19,794 nt of DNA from Chlamydiae bacterium RIFCSPHIGHO2_12_FULL_49_11 (lineage in GTDB: Bacteria; Chlamydiota; Chlamydiia; Chlamydiales; 2-12-FULL-49-11). A program made the translations under genes and the position numbers. The stretch's first letter is position 1. Every line of letters starts with the position of its first letter. The stretch is taken from contig MGLW01000031.1 of assembly GCA_001794905.1 (NCBI GenBank), forward strand, positions 19,481 to 39,274, in the 5' to 3' direction. The notes below the pieces were generated by a model. The model worked only from the letters and a program-made list of their open reading frames with translations. It was not told the origin of the DNA and did not search any database. Below, piece after piece: positions 16,906 through 19,794 of this stretch.

Positions 16906-18008
16906 AAGCTTTTTTTGACTACAACGCCACGACGCCCCTCGCACCCGAGGCATTTACAGCGATGCGCCTTGACTTGGAAGGTCCTCCAGCAAACCCCTCA
17001 TCAGTAACAGCTTATGGCCGCACTGCCAAAATGCGCCTCCTTCATGCCCGCGAAACAATCGCCGCCCACCTCAAGATAGACCCCGATACGATCGTATTCA
17101 CCTCGGGAGCCACCGAAGCAAACCACCTCCTCGTCCACGGTTTCCGAAAGCGTCCCGGGACGGCCGTCACCACTGCGATCGAGCACACCTCCCTCATCCG
17201 GCCCATTGAAAGGTGGTGTCCCAAAGTACACTATCTTGCCACTTTCCCCGACATGTACTTCGATCCGGATGAACTGTCCCGGGTATTGCAATCAAAGCAA
17301 GTCTCCTTTGTGGCTCTTTCTCTTGCCAACAGTGAAACGGGCATGCTCCTTTCCTGCCTCTCCGAGATAAAATCCCTCCTGTACGCGTTCGATGTACCTC
17401 TCATCCTGGACTGCTCCCAAGCCCTCGGAAAAATGGAAATTGACCTCGCCGGGGTGGCCGGGGCCTCGTTTTCAGCCCATAAATGTTTCGGCCCTAAAGG
17501 AGTCGGCATCGCCGTCGTAAATCCGCTCACTCCGATTGCACCGCTCTTTCAGGGGGGCCATCAGGAAGGGGACATGCGGGCCGGCACTGAAAACGTCGCG
17601 GGCATTTTGGGTTTTGCGGCCGCCGTCCGCCTCATTGATCCCGCACAATTTACAGCCATAAAAGCGCTCCGCGACCGGTTTGAAAAATCTCTCCTGGAAA
17701 TACTTCCCGATTGTGAAATCCACGGCGGTCCCCATCGACTGGGGAACACCTCGTCGGTCCATTTCAAAGGAATCGATGCCGAAGCGCTCCTGATCAGGCT
17801 TGACCGCGAGGGTTGCATCATCTCGCTTGGCTCCGCCTGCAGCGCCGGCTCGCTCGAACCATCCCACGTACTCCTGGCCGCCGGCCACTCTCCCGCCACC
17901 GCCCGCTCCTCCCTCCGCTTCTCCTTCCACCGCACCACCACGCCGGAGGAAATCGACCTCCTGCTCGAAACACTATCTTCTCAAACAGCCCTGCAGAAGA
18001 TCAAATAG
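16902..18008 (+). CDS. iscS: Cysteine desulfurase (class V PLP-dependent, IscS/NifS type; CT258-like)
   Basis: DYNATTP, FTSGATEAN, PLP lysine in SAHKCFGPKG, RAGTENV and catalytic Cys in GSACS. Confidence 0.93.
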   Translation: MKAFFDYNATTPLAPEAFTAMRLDLEGPPANPSSVTAYGRTAKMRLLHARETIAAHLKIDPDTIVFTSGATEANHLLVHGFRKRPGTAVTTAIEHTSLIRPIERWCPKVHYLATFPDMYFDPDELSRVLQSKQVSFVALSLANSETGMLLSCLSEIKSLLYAFDVPLILDCSQALGKMEIDLAGVAGASFSAHKCFGPKGVGIAVVNPLTPIAPLFQGGHQEGDMRAGTENVAGILGFAAAVRLIDPAQFTAIKALRDRFEKSLLEILPDCEIHGGPHRLGNTSSVHFKGIDAEALLIRLDREGCIISLGSACSAGSLEPSHVLLAAGHSPATARSSLRFSFHRTTTPEEIDLLLETLSSQTALQKIK

Positions 18009-18107
18009 ACCTCAAAACCAAATCGAACCGAGACCGACTGCAATTGCTTCAATCATCGAGTTTCTCCTCTATCATATTAGTCATATTGATTCTCTTTTTC
18101 TTCATCC

Positions 18108-18263
18108 TCCATATCATGCCTATCCCCATTATCATGTTTTGGCTGCTTGTAACGAATAATATCATTTCCGAAAAATAATGACATGTTTCCATAGAATTGT
18201 CGAGCGGATATGCCATAGCATTTCGCAGCCAAAACATGATAATGGGGATAGGCATGATATGGA
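18108..18263. repeat. Perfect 39-bp inverted repeat with a 78-bp spacer (156-bp element)
   Basis: TCCATATCATGCCTATCCCCATTATCATGTTTTGGCTGC at 18108-18146 is the exact reverse complement of 18225-18263. Confidence 0.92.
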
Positions 18264-18268
18264 CTCTA

Positions 18269-19477
18269 TCAAGCTGTGCGGACGAGGATCGTTTTGGTGG
18301 CGAGGAAGCCCGATTCCTGCAAGGTAAATAGGTATGAACCGACGTGGATCGTTTCTTCTTTGACCGGGGCGCGGCCTAGATGTTCTACCATGATTTCCTC
18401 GAGCGTCGTACCGCTATCGTATGGGAAATCAAACGGAATTTCGCTTTGGAGATCGGAAAGTCTTGTCGTTGCAGGAAAAGTACGCTGGATGTGGGTGGTG
18501 CGCTCCTGCACGAGTGCGTCGGAAAAGTCGGAGGCGGAGTCGATGAAAAAGCCGGTAACCGTATCGAGGGTCGTACCCCCGATCACATCCCCCTTCTTAT
18601 TCAAAATCAAGGCGAACGGGGCGCGGTTTTCCCGAAAGCCGCGGATCATTTGAAACGGAGTCATCTCTTCGGTCGCGTACCAGATAGGACCTACCATGGT
18701 ATCCAGAGTCATGTCGTAGGGTTTCCCCAATAGGTCCCTGACGCGGCACATGCCGAGCACATTGGTCATACTTTCATCATAGACAAGGGCATATTCGAAC
18801 GGCCTTGTCACAAAGTGCTCCCGCACTTTGGCCACCGTCTGTTCTTTGGTAAAACGGGTGAGATTGGAAAGAGGGAATACAAATTGAGAAAGACTTTTAT
18901 TCTTGAGAGAAAAAACATGGTGGACCATCGCCTGAAAAAAGGTTTCTTTTCCCACACGCCCCCCTTCCACCGCCTTCTGGAGCTCTTCACGCGAAAGATA
19001 GTCGTCTTCTTTCGTTTCTTTGCGGAGGAGTTTATGGATCACCCAGTTAAACATGTTGAGCGCCCATATGAAGGGACGAAAAAGCTTGCAAAAGAAATAC
19101 AACACGTTGATGCCGCGAAAGGAAACTTGCTCGGGAAAACTGCGGCCGGTGAACATGGGAGTAAGCTCGGCAAAAATCACCACCACGATCGTCTGAAACG
19201 GAAGTGCCCATCCGGGTTCTAGTCCAAGGTCAGCAAAGAAAAGGCGGGCGCATTCGGAGCCTGCCTGAAGGCAAAAATTGACGCCGACAAGAGTCGTGCC
19301 GAAAAGGTAGCTCGGGCGTGCGAGAAGCTTAGAAAGGCGCTGCGCGCGCACGTTTTTCTCGCTGACATAATATTCGAGTCGGATCCGGTCAAACGAAACG
19401 GCGGCCATTTCCATCATGGAAAAAAAGCCCTGGATCACGAGAAAAACGAGGACGAAGAAGAAAAAGAGGTACGCCAT
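18269..19477 (-). CDS. CNNM (DUF21)/CBS-domain hemolysin-family membrane protein, CT257-like
   Basis: N-terminal GFFSMMEMAAVS, TTLVGVN and FAELTP motifs, followed by a CBS pair and a CorC/HlyC-like tail. Confidence 0.9.
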   Translation of the reverse strand: MAYLFFFFVLVFLVIQGFFSMMEMAAVSFDRIRLEYYVSEKNVRAQRLSKLLARPSYLFGTTLVGVNFCLQAGSECARLFFADLGLEPGWALPFQTIVVVIFAELTPMFTGRSFPEQVSFRGINVLYFFCKLFRPFIWALNMFNWVIHKLLRKETKEDDYLSREELQKAVEGGRVGKETFFQAMVHHVFSLKNKSLSQFVFPLSNLTRFTKEQTVAKVREHFVTRPFEYALVYDESMTNVLGMCRVRDLLGKPYDMTLDTMVGPIWYATEEMTPFQMIRGFRENRAPFALILNKKGDVIGGTTLDTVTGFFIDSASDFSDALVQERTTHIQRTFPATTRLSDLQSEIPFDFPYDSGTTLEEIMVEHLGRAPVKEETIHVGSYLFTLQESGFLATKTILVRTA

Positions 19478-19794
19478 TTACCGCACCTTCCTGATATAAA
19501 CTTTGCGCACATGTTTCTCGTCGGCCGAAAGGACATGCAAAACAAGGCCCGCCCGCTCGAGTTTATATCCGCTTTTGGGAATCGATCCGAGCTTTTCGGT
19601 CAGCCAACCCCCCACCGTCGCCATATGGGTCGGATTTTCAAGTTCCACTTTGAATTCTTCTTCCAAATCGTTGATTTCCATCTTCCCGTCTGCGATGATC
19701 ACATCGTCGCTCTGGAAATAATATAAAGGCACTTCATCCCGCTTGTCGCGGATTTGGCCGATCACTTCTTCGATCAAATCCTCCTTGGTCAACA
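19478..19794 (-). CDS. CBS/CorC-HlyC hemolysin-family protein, C-terminal part (CT256-like; 5' end beyond the window)
   Basis: TKEDLIEEVIGQIRD and ATVGGWLTEKLGSIPKSG (transporter-associated domain). Its stop abuts the next ATG. Confidence 0.9.
   Translation of the reverse strand, partial: LTKEDLIEEVIGQIRDKRDEVPLYYFQSDDVIIADGKMEINDLEEEFKVELENPTHMATVGGWLTEKLGSIPKSGYKLERAGLVLHVLSADEKHVRKVYIRKVR

Noticed and set aside
17800-18178. Pro-rich alternative-frame ORFs and the C-rich tract at the end of iscS
   Set aside because: Explained by C-ending codon bias in iscS; there is no RBS or motif support.

Overview
Probably a chromosomal window from an environmental member of Chlamydiota, inferred from an Slc1/CT043-type T3SS chaperone divergent from glgX and a CT253/CT254/CT259/CT258/CT257/CT256-like gene block. 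The right part (12.2-19.8 kb) is conserved core: slc1, glgX, a lipoprotein, a CPBP protease, a PP2C phosphatase, a cysteine desulfurase and two CNNM/CBS genes. A perfect 39-bp inverted-repeat element sits between the convergent operons. The left part (1-12 kb) is accessory. It holds a >960-aa ankyrin protein that the ORF track misses, an LRR-ankyrin protein, an AAA-ATPase/PD-(D/E)xK protein and an AT-rich polymorphic-toxin island. The island contains a short signal-peptide Rhs toxin with an Imm50-like immunity gene, then a decayed orphan toxin-like ORF with an intact membrane protein. These modules are separated by three same-orientation repeats that begin with an IS903-like terminal sequence. 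The first repeat is joined precisely to the 3' end of an internally deleted class IIC group II intron.
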